NCBI GenBank assembly: GCA_937625935.1
Contig: OW569375.1
Coordinates: 372,001 to 436,000, forward strand
DNA length: 64,000 nt
Source: Tetramitus jugosus
Lineage: Eukaryota > Protista > Heterolobosea
Direction: 5' to 3'
Part shown: positions 45,233-55,228 of the stretch, in pieces
How positions within the stretch are numbered: the first letter of the stretch is position 1
Layout: every line of letters begins with the position of its first letter
The notes under the pieces: model-generated
What the model saw: only the letters and a program-made list of their open reading frames with translations
What the model was told of the DNA's origin: nothing
Database searches by the model: none
Made by a program: the position numbers and the translations under genes

Positions 45233-46111
45233 ATGGTTGAGACAAAAACCAAACGAAAGAAAAAGAACTCCTTTGTCAAAGATGACGTGAATCAGGAAGC
45301 AACAATTAAAACAGATACTGTTACAATCGAACACATGGACCCTGTATTGGACAAGGTAGAAACATCATTTGAGAAACAAGTCGTTCACAAGGACAATGTC
45401 CACGAACATCACATCCAACCAACAATCGAAGTCCGGGAGAAGCCCATCGAACGACAAATTTATCACCCAGAGGAGTGTATCACTGTCAAGGAAGAAGCAA
45501 TTTACTCCACTCAAGGAGAGAAAGGGATTGATGATGCATTGAAGAACCTTGGATTGGGCGAGAGTATATCTAACCAGATTAAATCTCAAATCATGTCCTC
45601 TGTGGAGCGAACAAGGGTCGATGAGGCCAATGAAGATACAATCCAAGTCAGTGTGTCCGAGAGGCCCTCCTCCTCATCCACGACTGTCCGATCATCGATG
45701 CCTATCGAAACGAATTCTGAAGTGAGAATCGAAAGGGAAATCATTGTTCGAAGAGTGACAAGAGAAGTTCACGTTCAACCAGTCATCTATATCCACGAAC
45801 CGAGAATTGTCGAAGAAAAGGTGTTTAGAGAAGTCGAAACAGTGCCCACGAGGTCCATTGTCGAAGATTCATCAATCACCATTGGTCACAGTCCAAGAAT
45901 TGTCGAACAACCAAGATCTATCTCTTTTGTTGATCGTCTCAGAGATGCATTCTTTGCCAAGCGAGACTCTCACCAGAGGATTATTCCTCATCGAGCTCCG
46001 ATTCGCTCTCAGATTGGAGATATCCATATCCTGGGTCCTCCACCTCCACGAGTTGAACCCAAAGAACGAATCACTACTCGAACTACCACCTATGGAACAA
46101 CATCATATTAG
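45233..46111 (+). CDS. Hypothetical V/I/E/R/P-rich protein with an internal repeat
   Basis: 292-aa ORF; HEHHIQPTIEVRE and REVHVQPVIYIHE are related segments. Confidence 0.65.
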   Translation: MVETKTKRKKKNSFVKDDVNQEATIKTDTVTIEHMDPVLDKVETSFEKQVVHKDNVHEHHIQPTIEVREKPIERQIYHPEECITVKEEAIYSTQGEKGIDDALKNLGLGESISNQIKSQIMSSVERTRVDEANEDTIQVSVSERPSSSSTTVRSSMPIETNSEVRIEREIIVRRVTREVHVQPVIYIHEPRIVEEKVFREVETVPTRSIVEDSSITIGHSPRIVEQPRSISFVDRLRDAFFAKRDSHQRIIPHRAPIRSQIGDIHILGPPPPRVEPKERITTRTTTYGTTSY

Positions 46112-46711
46112 CCACTGACACCTCATGCATTCTGTATTTGAAGGGTATAAACAATTCTCGTATTTAGAACTTTTTCCCGCATTTTTTGCGGCGTTTTCCT
46201 GCGGACCAGAACTTTCTTCCGCGTTTCTTCACTTTGTTGAAGCCAAGCAATTCCAGCCCTCTTTGATTTGAATTCTCCAACGGAGTCAAAAACAACTCAG
46301 AGCTGCGCACCCAACATTTCTCTGTTGTGAGCAATCATTCTTTCGTGATCCTTGTTGAAATTTCCTTCCAGCTCAGCAACTTCATATTTAATCAACAACC
46401 AACACGACTACCCAACACACAGCAATAACGAATAGCTATTTTGTTGTTTTTTGAAGTTCAAAATAGCTCAATTCATCCATCCATCTCAACGTTCTCTCAA
46501 AGTTGATTCATCTTATCACGATTGTTGGGTCCCACTCATCCACACCCCCCAACTCAAACAACCACCCCTGTTTTGTTAAAATCAAATACCGCTTCAATTC
46601 AAATTGATTTGCGTGAGAGAATCTCTATTTTCACAACCAACAACCAACAAAACAACCAACCAATAGACAACATAAATTATAGTAGAATACAAAAATTGTA
46701 TCCTGCACGAA

Positions 46712-49700
46712 ATGACCATCCGAGAACTGAATCGCGAACAGCGACCAAAATACAAAAATCATCATGTCGATGATGACAATGATGATGAAGAAGCAACGAC
46801 ATCACCATTGGATGACATGATGATACGGCCCATTGATGACAACAACAACAACAACAACAATAGCAACATACCATCTCCACCTTCTTCTCCACTGCAAGTG
46901 ACTTTTGATGACAACAACAACAACAATCATAGTAGTAGTACGAGTAGTGACTCATTTGATGAAAATTCCAATAGTAATAACAATAACAATAGTAGTAGTA
47001 GCAGCAGTAGTAGTAGTAGTGGTAGTAGTATGCCTCGGATACCGAGTATTGGAAGTTCATTAATGATGATGAGTCCACTCACCGGAAATCCATTTAGTTT
47101 TCCTCATTTACGGTCCAGTAATTCTCTCTACGAGTTGGAAACATTGTCCAAATCTGCATCTTCGATATCATTGTCAAGTTACCTCAAAGACTTTCCCATT
47201 TCTTCCAGCAGTAGTAGCAGTAGTTTGAATCATAATAATAATAATAACAGTAATAGTAATAATAACAATAATAATAATAGTAATAACAGTCAAAATAATG
47301 ATCAAGTGGATTTGATGAAATCAGCGTCGACTTATTCATTGAGTGATTATGTGAGTTCGGCCAATTTGTTGAAATCACCATCGACTAGTTCTCTCAGTGC
47401 ACTTCAAAAATCATCATCTAGTTCATCATTATCCGAATTGCATGCTTCTTCACTGTTAAAGAGCAGCTCTTGTGCTTCCTTTAGCAAGTATCAAGTGTGT
47501 GATGATGTTGATGATGATGATGGCGTAGATGTGAATGTAGATGTGGATGGTATCGGTTGTGATCATAACGAGAATGATGATGATCAACATCACAAGAGTA
47601 GCAATATTGATTCATCTGGAGATGGAAGTGGTGTAAATAACATGAATAATAACAATCAGAAAAAGAAGAAAAAGAAGAGTAAGAAGAAGAAGAAGAAGAA
47701 TTTGAATGATGATGATGATGAGAGGAGTGAGAATTTGAGTGATGAAACGATGAACAGGAATGAACGTGAACAATTGTCTTCCTCTTCACGAATGACTCGT
47801 CCATTGTCCAGTGGTGTAAATTTACTGCCTTCTTCAGCATCGATCATTAGTCCATTGGATTCTGCTGTGAATAGTGTTGATCATGGTGCTGTTGTTGTGA
47901 ATAATCGAAACAATAACAGCCTACTTCCATCGCTGTATGATCGATTATTGGGCAGTTCTGGATCTGCACAGAACAGGAACGCCCCGGCAATCAATGTTAC
48001 GCAACCAATTCCTCCACTGTCACAACAGAATCATCATCATCAGCATCCTCATCCTCATAATCACAATCATCATTCATCATCTAACCACTCTCATATGACT
48101 TCTGCTTCTTCCTCCTCACCACCACCTCCACCATACTCTCATGTTCCTCAGTCTCATTCTCATTCTCACTCACATTCTTATCCTGCACCATCGGCTACTC
48201 CTGCTCACCATCCACATCATCCACAGCATCACCACCATCCTCATTGTCCTCATCATCCATATTCTCATCACCATCAGCCATCCTATCAGCACTCTTATCC
48301 TGTTGCTCCACCATCCTCCTCATCTGAACTGCCTCCCAATAACCCTCATCTGTACAAGCAATATTCAGCAGCATTTGGTAGCGCTCCTCAGAACACCACT
48401 GCGCCACTTTCATATCCACCATTTGGTTTCAACCCTGTTCAACCATCTGGATCATCGATACGTATGCTCGAAAATCATCCCTATTTGAACGTAGTAGCTC
48501 CCACGGATCCTTATGTGCCTCAGAGTCATTTGCCTCATCAACATCATCAACATCCATCGATCAATATTCAACAGCAGCAAGAGAGTGCGCACATTCATCC
48601 ATCTTCGGTCAAAGTGCACAATTATTCTATGCATACTCATCAAGAAGCGCCACCACAGCGATCCTCGTCGCCTCCAATCTCTACGTTTGAACAATTTAAC
48701 AAAAGACAGAGCGAAGAACAGCCAATGTATGTACCAAAGCAGATGTAACTGTATTTTTTTCTCCTTACGCGTTCAATAGCACTCACTAACTTCTCATTTT
48801 AGTTTGAATCCAACTCTGGACCCGAACATTCAAGTACCACAGGGAGAATATGTAAAGATCAATGGAGAAATGTACAATGATCGCGGTTACAAAATTTGTG
48901 GTCACTTAAATCAACATAGTAAGCCCTGTCAGAGAATAGGAAAGTGTCCCTTCCATTGGAAGCTAACCAAGGATAAGGAAGAGGGTGAAAGTACAGCAGG
49001 AACAGGGAACGATAACGGATCTCCGGCATCAAATACGGAGGAGTCCGATTCAACTCCCGTAAAGAACGAAGTGGCAATTTCTGAGCAATTCAACCAAACT
49101 GCCACAGCAGTTATGCCTGCACCGCCACAGAGGACACCCATGAAACGCGGCCCATACAAGCAGGGATGGTCAAAAGAAGAACATTTATTGTTCCTCAAGG
49201 GTCTAAAACAACACGGCAAGGGAGCATGGAAGGAAATATCAACCATTGTCGGAACTCGTACACCCACTCAAATTCAGAGTCACGCCCAAAAGTACTTTTT
49301 ACGCCAGAAGCAAAAGGTGAAGAATAAGAGAAGTATCCACGACATTACAATGGATGATTTGAGTGGAAATAATAATGGTAGAGGTGGTAGAGATGATCCA
49401 GATGAAGAGGAGAGTGATAGCGATTCCTCTGAGGAAGAGATCACTCAAAGTGCAAACAAGAGAGCAAAAACAATGCATGATGCTCCCAGTAACACAATGG
49501 ATGCTCCCCCAGCAGCTATTGTGACAACACAAGCACGGTCATCACCTCCTTTGCCAATGAATCAGCTCACTCCTCAAGCGCTTCACAATGCCCATGCAGA
49601 TTTCCAAAAGATGGTTACCATGTTTCCAAACATCCATCCAAATGTGCTGGCTCAGCTTATTGCTATGAACTCTTTGCAAGCCACTACTGCGAACCAACAG

Positions 49701-49778
49701 CCTGAAGGCACCAACAATTCTTCGCCACCAACAATTGATTACTCTCTTCTCGCGGACCAGAGACAAAAAACAACGTGA
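46712..49778 (+). CDS. SHAQKYF-class single-repeat Myb transcription factor with Zn finger and long low-complexity N-terminus; exons 46712-48726 and 48803-49778
   Basis: WSKEEHLLFLKGL..HGKGAWKEIS..VGTRTPTQIQSHAQKYF and KRSIHDIT; CGHLNQHSKPCQRIGKCPFH. Intron 48727-48802 (GTATGT..ACTAAC..TAG) is in frame. Confidence 0.85.
46838..48300 (+). repeat. Trinucleotide low-complexity tracts (AAC/AAT/AGT/GAT/AAG/CAT) encoding poly-N, S, D, K and H
   Basis: Directly visible runs inside the Myb gene. Confidence 0.85.
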
Positions 49779-49833
49779 CACAATTAGTTTTGATAAAGGA
49801 CCAACTATCAGCAAAAACTAAGCATGATTATAG
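49727..49833 (+). repeat. About 107-bp direct repeat, copy 1 (copy 2 at 51005-51119)
   Basis: accaacaattgattactctcttctcgc(g/a)gaccagagacaaaaaacaac...gattatag is present at both loci with a few substitutions and an 8-bp indel. Confidence 0.92.
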
Positions 49834-50180
49834 GAGCAGAATTGAGATCCGCCAGCAATCAGCCATATAGAGGGTGAATGCCAGTCAAGTGTGGAAATGC
49901 ACCGTCTGTAATTTGAGTACAACCACTCATATCGAGTGTATGAATACCCTCTGTGATATTCATGCAGCCACTCATATCGAGCCCATCTCCCAAAGTTCGT
50001 ATGAGTGTTCTCTTATTGGACATAAATAATTGATTGAATTTGAACAGATTAATGCCTTTGCAAGTGTAACTCAATTGTAACCATTCTCGAGTGTCACAAA
50101 ACTCAATAATGTTCAACCATGTATCCCTGCAAAGCGCAGAACAAATTTCAATTGTGGACCGTTCCTTTCATTGCGCATGG
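49818..50180 (-). pseudogene. Deleted, frameshifted F-box/LRR pseudogene
   Basis: Retains NIIEFCDTREWLQLSYTCKGIN (identical to the 52104..53195 gene), remnants of about three LRRs, and the stop region of the 51104 gene, with internal deletions. Confidence 0.85.
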
Positions 50181-50195
50181 TTTCATCAGTCACAC

Positions 50196-50276
50196 GTCCT
50201 CAAACAAGATGTGATCGTTCAAGTGATCCAGAAGTGAAAGAAGTCTCGAAGCAATTCTTGATAAATTACACTGCTC
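50196..50276 (-). pseudogene. Remnant copy of the 5' part of the 53244..54578 gene
   Basis: gtcctcaaacaag(a/g)tgtgatcgttcaagtgatccagaagtgaaagaagtct matches 54438 onward. Confidence 0.8.
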
Positions 50277-50698
50277 GAACTATGGAGGGAGCTCAATTTG
50301 TTCGCTGAGAGACCACATGAAAGATTACCAGGTTTATAGTGATCAATCCAGGAATGGGAAGAGAGCTGGTTAAGGAACGTGATTTATTGGTGGAAATCAT
50401 CAGAATTTTCTATGGGACTGAACGAAACAGCTTGAAGGAGGCTGGAAGATGTGGTCATCGACAATTCACAGATATGCGCTTCAACATGAATCTGGTTCAT
50501 ATCCTCCACGGCCGTTTAAGAAAAGAAGGGTTCTTTTCTGAATTCTCCTCCATGTAACTCGGAATATTATTGTTGTAAGGCATTCTTTTACGGTTACCGA
50601 AGCTTTTAAAAGTTAACGCAAATTGTTTGAGGAGAACCAACAACCATCAAAACAAATCGATATTGCAAACCCCGGCCCCCTCATATGTCCCTCTAGTT

Positions 50699-50893
50699 AT
50701 GAGTTCAAAAGTGGAGAGAGTTCAATTGGCTGAAACAAAGAAGGCTGACAAAGGTGAACACACGAAACAACCAAAACAACAAAAGCCAAAAGACTGTAAG
50801 AGAAAGAGATCTGCGGATGAGCAGCGAATTGAAGCAGAATTTAAGAAACTCATGGAAATAATGAATGAAGGCTACGACCCGGTGCCATTTTAA
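50699..50893 (+). CDS. Small basic/charged hypothetical protein (64 aa)
   Basis: ATG-initiated with protein-like composition; no homology recognised. Confidence 0.3.
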   Translation: MSSKVERVQLAETKKADKGEHTKQPKQQKPKDCKRKRSADEQRIEAEFKKLMEIMNEGYDPVPF

Positions 50894-51004
50894 TACACTA
50901 AATGCCAAGCCTATCCTAGAACTTGACACACTAGTAATAAAAATCCGCAAATGTAGTGATTTATCAGAAGGGGAAATGTGAAACTGACAAAATGACAGTA
51001 CGGG

Positions 51005-51119
51005 ACCAACAATTGATTACTCTCTTCTCGCAGACCAGAGACAAAAAACAACATGATACAATTAGTTTTGATAAAGGACCAACTATATGTTTATCAGCAA
51101 AAACTAAGTATGATTATAG
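51005..51119 (+). repeat. About 115-bp direct repeat, copy 2 (duplicated Myb 3' end plus LRR gene stop region)
   Basis: Matches 49727-49833. Confidence 0.92.
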
Positions 51120-51970
51120 TTCTTCATCCCAAGAAGAGTGATCGAATTGGACTCACAATAGCCAACCACTTTTTCAATGAAAGTCTTGTCTCTTCCACTC
51201 TCAGACCAACCGAGAGTGTGAATTCCCTTCAAATACAAAAGTCCCCTCTCGGTAATTGATTCTTGATCGCATCCATTCATTTCAAGTCTGTGAATGCCTG
51301 TCAAGTAACGAAATGCATCATCAGTGATATTCTTACACCAACTCATATAGAGTGTGTGAATGCCAGTCAAATGAGGGAAGGCTTCGTCCGTGATTTGTTG
51401 ACAACCACTCATATAGAGAGTGTGAACTCCGGCCAGATGAGAAAATGCCTTGTCTGTGATATTCTCACAACCAATGAGGCAGAGTGTATGAATGCCAGTC
51501 AAATGAGGAGCGGAATTATCGGTGATCCGCCAGCAGTCAGCCATGTAGAGAGTGTGAATGCCAGTCAAGTAAGGAAAAGCACTGTCTGTAACTTGGGCAC
51601 AACCACTCATATCGAGAGTATGGATGCCCTTAATGTGACAAAATGCACGATCTGTGATATTCTTGCAGCCACTCATATCGAGTGTGTGAATACCTTCCAA
51701 AAATTGGAAATGCTCATCCGTAACAGATGGATTCTCAGTCAAGTAAACATTAAACAATGTTCCTCTTCCCACTTGAAACCAGTGGTCAATTTCCTTCTTA
51801 CTCAATGTGTGCTTTAGAGATCTCCTCTTGTTGAACATGAGCGATCGATTGAATTTGAATTCATTGATGCCCCTGCAAGTATAACTCAATTTCAACCATG
51901 AATGAGTGCTACAAAACTCGATTATTCTCGACCAGGCGTCCTTGCAGAGCGCAGAACCAATCTCTGTCAT
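51104..51970 (-). CDS. F-box-like plus about 7 cysteine-containing 22-aa LRRs, paralog 1
   Basis: LCKDAWSRIIEFC...LKLSYTCR (F-box-like), then GIHTLxMxxCxxITDxAFxxL repeats. First ATG at 51970. Confidence 0.88.
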   Translation of the reverse strand: MTEIGSALCKDAWSRIIEFCSTHSWLKLSYTCRGINEFKFNRSLMFNKRRSLKHTLSKKEIDHWFQVGRGTLFNVYLTENPSVTDEHFQFLEGIHTLDMSGCKNITDRAFCHIKGIHTLDMSGCAQVTDSAFPYLTGIHTLYMADCWRITDNSAPHLTGIHTLCLIGCENITDKAFSHLAGVHTLYMSGCQQITDEAFPHLTGIHTLYMSWCKNITDDAFRYLTGIHRLEMNGCDQESITERGLLYLKGIHTLGWSESGRDKTFIEKVVGYCESNSITLLGMKNYNHT

Positions 51971-52103
51971 TTGTGTGAAACTCTTTTCCAAGTTTCTTGC
52001 TTTTGGAACTTCTCATTGTTTGAATAATTTCCCGCGGTGTTACAATAAAAGAGGCACTTTTACTTTCCCTTCTTAGTGACCGCTCGAGGTTGTGAAAACC
52101 GAG

Positions 52104-53195
52104 CTAAGTTGATCGGAGTTTCATCCCAGCAAGTACAATTGAATTAAACTCGCAATGGGCAACCACCTTTGCTATGAAACGTTTGTCTCGGTTGTTAAAG
52201 AACCAAGTAAGTCTGTGGAGACTCCTCAAATACGATAATACTTTCACTGTGATCGATTGTTGATCACATCCATCAAGATCAAGCGCGTGAAGATCAGTCA
52301 AACGAGCAAATGCTTTATCTGAAATATTCTTGCAGCCAGTCATATTGAGTGTGTGAATGCCACTTATATGAACAAAAGCCTTGTCAGTGATTTGGTGACA
52401 ACCTGTCATATTGAGTGTGTGAATACCACCCAAATGAGAGAATGCACTGTCTGTTATTTGACTGCAATAACTTATATCAAGTGTGTGAATACCGGTCAAG
52501 TAATGAAATGCTTGATCTGTAACTTGCTTACAACTACCAATATCAAGTTCGTGGATTCCGACCAAATGACGGAATGAATGATCTGTTATTTGACTGCAAT
52601 TACTCATATTCAATGTATGAATGCCGGTCAAGAATTGAAGGGCTTGATCCGTGATCTGACTACAACCATCCATATCAAGTGTGTGAATACCTGTCAGATA
52701 GGGAAATGCCTTGTCCGTAATCCGAAAGCACTTTCGCATATAGAGTGAATGAATGCCCACCAAATTTGTAAACGCGTTGTCAGTGATATCCTCGCAAAAA
52801 GACATAGAGAGTGTATGAATGCCCTTCAAGTTCTTAAATGCTTGATCTGTGACTCGTGCACAATGATTCATACTCAGTTTATGAATGCCCTCCAAAAACT
52901 GAAAATGCCCATCCAACACTTTTGTGTTTCCGTTCAAGTGAACATTGAACAGTGTTCCTCTTGCCAATTGAAACCCTTGCTCAATCTCGATTTCTCCCAA
53001 AGTTCGAATGAGTGTTCTTCTCTTATTACGCATGAACAATCGATTGAATTTACACTGATTAATTCCTTTGCAAGTGTAACTCAGTTGTAACCATTCTCGA
53101 GTGTCACAAAACTCAATAATGTTCGACCATGTGTCCTTGCAAAGTGCAGAACAAATGTCCACCGTGGATTCATGCACATGACCATGTCGTTGCAT
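52104..53195 (-). CDS. F-box-like plus about 10 cysteine-containing 22-aa LRRs, paralog 2
   Basis: Same architecture and clear similarity to the 51104 gene, with three more repeats. Confidence 0.9.
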   Translation of the reverse strand: MQRHGHVHESTVDICSALCKDTWSNIIEFCDTREWLQLSYTCKGINQCKFNRLFMRNKRRTLIRTLGEIEIEQGFQLARGTLFNVHLNGNTKVLDGHFQFLEGIHKLSMNHCARVTDQAFKNLKGIHTLSMSFCEDITDNAFTNLVGIHSLYMRKCFRITDKAFPYLTGIHTLDMDGCSQITDQALQFLTGIHTLNMSNCSQITDHSFRHLVGIHELDIGSCKQVTDQAFHYLTGIHTLDISYCSQITDSAFSHLGGIHTLNMTGCHQITDKAFVHISGIHTLNMTGCKNISDKAFARLTDLHALDLDGCDQQSITVKVLSYLRSLHRLTWFFNNRDKRFIAKVVAHCEFNSIVLAGMKLRST

Positions 53196-53243
53196 TGTTC
53201 TCTTTATTTTGTTGTTCTACTTTCAAAGAACACAGATCGGACT

Positions 53244-54578
53244 TTATCCTGACCCGAAGGTTTTTTGATCGAAACTGAAGGCAGCAATTAAATCATGGGG
53301 AACCTGGTGACCCATATTGTAGGTATCCTTTGTTGATAAGTCTGCACACCAACGATACTTGAAGTACGAAACTAATTGTTGGCCCTCTGAAAATACCTCG
53401 AGTGGCAGCCTGCACTTCAAATAGGTGTTGTGTGACTTGTTCTGTTCGAACAACTCATCACTCGATTGACTCACAGGTGATATCCTTCCATGAGAACTCA
53501 CCCAAGCCTCATAACCAATGAGCAGATCTTTTTTCGAGTCACATGTCTCTTCTTTGATTAGTGCATGAATCTCCCTCACGAGATCAAACAACCAGAGCAT
53601 ACTCTCCTCTGCGAATCCATCACGCCATATTTCATTGTCCGTGTCGACAACATTTGCAGCCAAATGAAGTAAGTCCAGTTGGGAGTAACTGGCTTCGAAC
53701 TCTGCTTGCCATAATTTGAAATCTTCAAACACCCACTTATGACCCTGAAAGCAATGGATCACTTCATGAAACAGAGTGATCACTCGGAACTCATAGTCTC
53801 TGAACAGTCGTCGCGAACCTACCTTGTGAGATGTCCTCACCTCTTTCCAATACTTCCAATGTTCGTCAGTGAACAAATTGGCATCGGGAAACAGGACTAC
53901 TCCACTAGAGCTTGCTGAGTAGTTCCACTGATGTTCTGCTGTAAACTCTAAATTCTCATCATCTGGTTCTATGTGGAGCTTTTCACCATGTACCACCTTC
54001 TTTGTGTCGAGTACATACCCTGTTTGTTCTTGCACAAACGACAATACCTTTATGGCGGAATTAAGGACCTCCACATTCAATCTCTCATAATCGAACACAT
54101 TCGTGTGCTGCAGTTTTGCTTCAATTATTTCAATGAGCCACAATCGATCTTCTTCGTCCAAGCATTCACCGCCATTGGTTATCGTACTCGCATCACCACC
54201 ATACTCTTTTGTCTCCATAGAAATGCTATGCCGGATGAATACAACGACACCCTTTTCCTTCTCCTTGTTGCCGCTTGCTAACTCCGCAGATTTTCTCCCT
54301 TCCAACAACAATGATACCTCATTCCATTCCAGTATGAGATCAAAGAGCAAAAGATCCTTCTGAAGGGCATGACTGGCCTTCTTGAGAAACCTGACAAAGA
54401 ATGCATGGTGACGTCGACCAAGTGACGACACAGGCTTGTCCTCAAACAAGGTGTGATCGTTCAAGTGATCCAGAAGTGAAAGAAGTCTAGAAGCAGCTCT
54501 GGCACTCAACTCTTGATGAATTACATTGCTCCAATGTTTTCTCCTGTCCACCACCAGACCATGGTCATTGTTCATCAT
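53244..54578 (-). CDS. Uncharacterised protein with HExxH zincin-like motif
   Basis: TLFHEVIHCFQ followed by AEFEA (candidate third ligand); 444-aa intronless ORF. Confidence 0.65.
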   Translation of the reverse strand: MMNNDHGLVVDRRKHWSNVIHQELSARAASRLLSLLDHLNDHTLFEDKPVSSLGRRHHAFFVRFLKKASHALQKDLLLFDLILEWNEVSLLLEGRKSAELASGNKEKEKGVVVFIRHSISMETKEYGGDASTITNGGECLDEEDRLWLIEIIEAKLQHTNVFDYERLNVEVLNSAIKVLSFVQEQTGYVLDTKKVVHGEKLHIEPDDENLEFTAEHQWNYSASSSGVVLFPDANLFTDEHWKYWKEVRTSHKVGSRRLFRDYEFRVITLFHEVIHCFQGHKWVFEDFKLWQAEFEASYSQLDLLHLAANVVDTDNEIWRDGFAEESMLWLFDLVREIHALIKEETCDSKKDLLIGYEAWVSSHGRISPVSQSSDELFEQNKSHNTYLKCRLPLEVFSEGQQLVSYFKYRWCADLSTKDTYNMGHQVPHDLIAAFSFDQKTFGSG

Positions 54579-55228
54579 GATCAGCAGAAACAGCTTTTAC
54601 GCAGAAAGAAAAGCAGAATGAAATGTTCTGATGGATCCTCCAAAAATACCTTTCCTCCAAAGATGAATGTGATGGTTCAACCCAACCAGAACAAGATTGC
54701 TTGAACAACATTCTGCTCAAGCAAGAAGAACAACATTCTGTGAGATTTCGAGGTGCGTGCGGCAAATTATGAGGAAATTTTAGCACAGACCGGAGCGCCA
54801 CTCTTAGACTTTGCGATTTTGCCTGCCACTACCCATACGAGAAAAAAAACACAAACACCAAAAAAACCTTCATATCATTATCACGATACAAAACGATACA
54901 CACACACATAGAGAGAACATAAAAACACTCAACCCTTCCAACAACAAACTACCAACCCCTCTTTGATTGATCAAAAAAAAACATACACTTTTTTTTCCCG
55001 CCCAAAATCAATCAAATTTTTTTTACACCCTCTAGAGCTTTTCTTCTCAACAACTCACCACTACCACACTTTTAGAGAGAGAACAATACAAAATATTTGT
55101 TCAAACAAGTATTATCATTAACGAACACAGAGACACACACGACACTTGCACTCAACAGTTTCATATATAAACTACGCACGTACACAAAGATCAACAACAA
55201 CAACAACAACAACAAGAAACTAGAAAAA

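Noticed and set aside
51280-52900. Periodic repeats as a CRISPR-like array
   Set aside because: They are 66-nt in-frame coding LRR units with no repeat-spacer structure and no cas genes.
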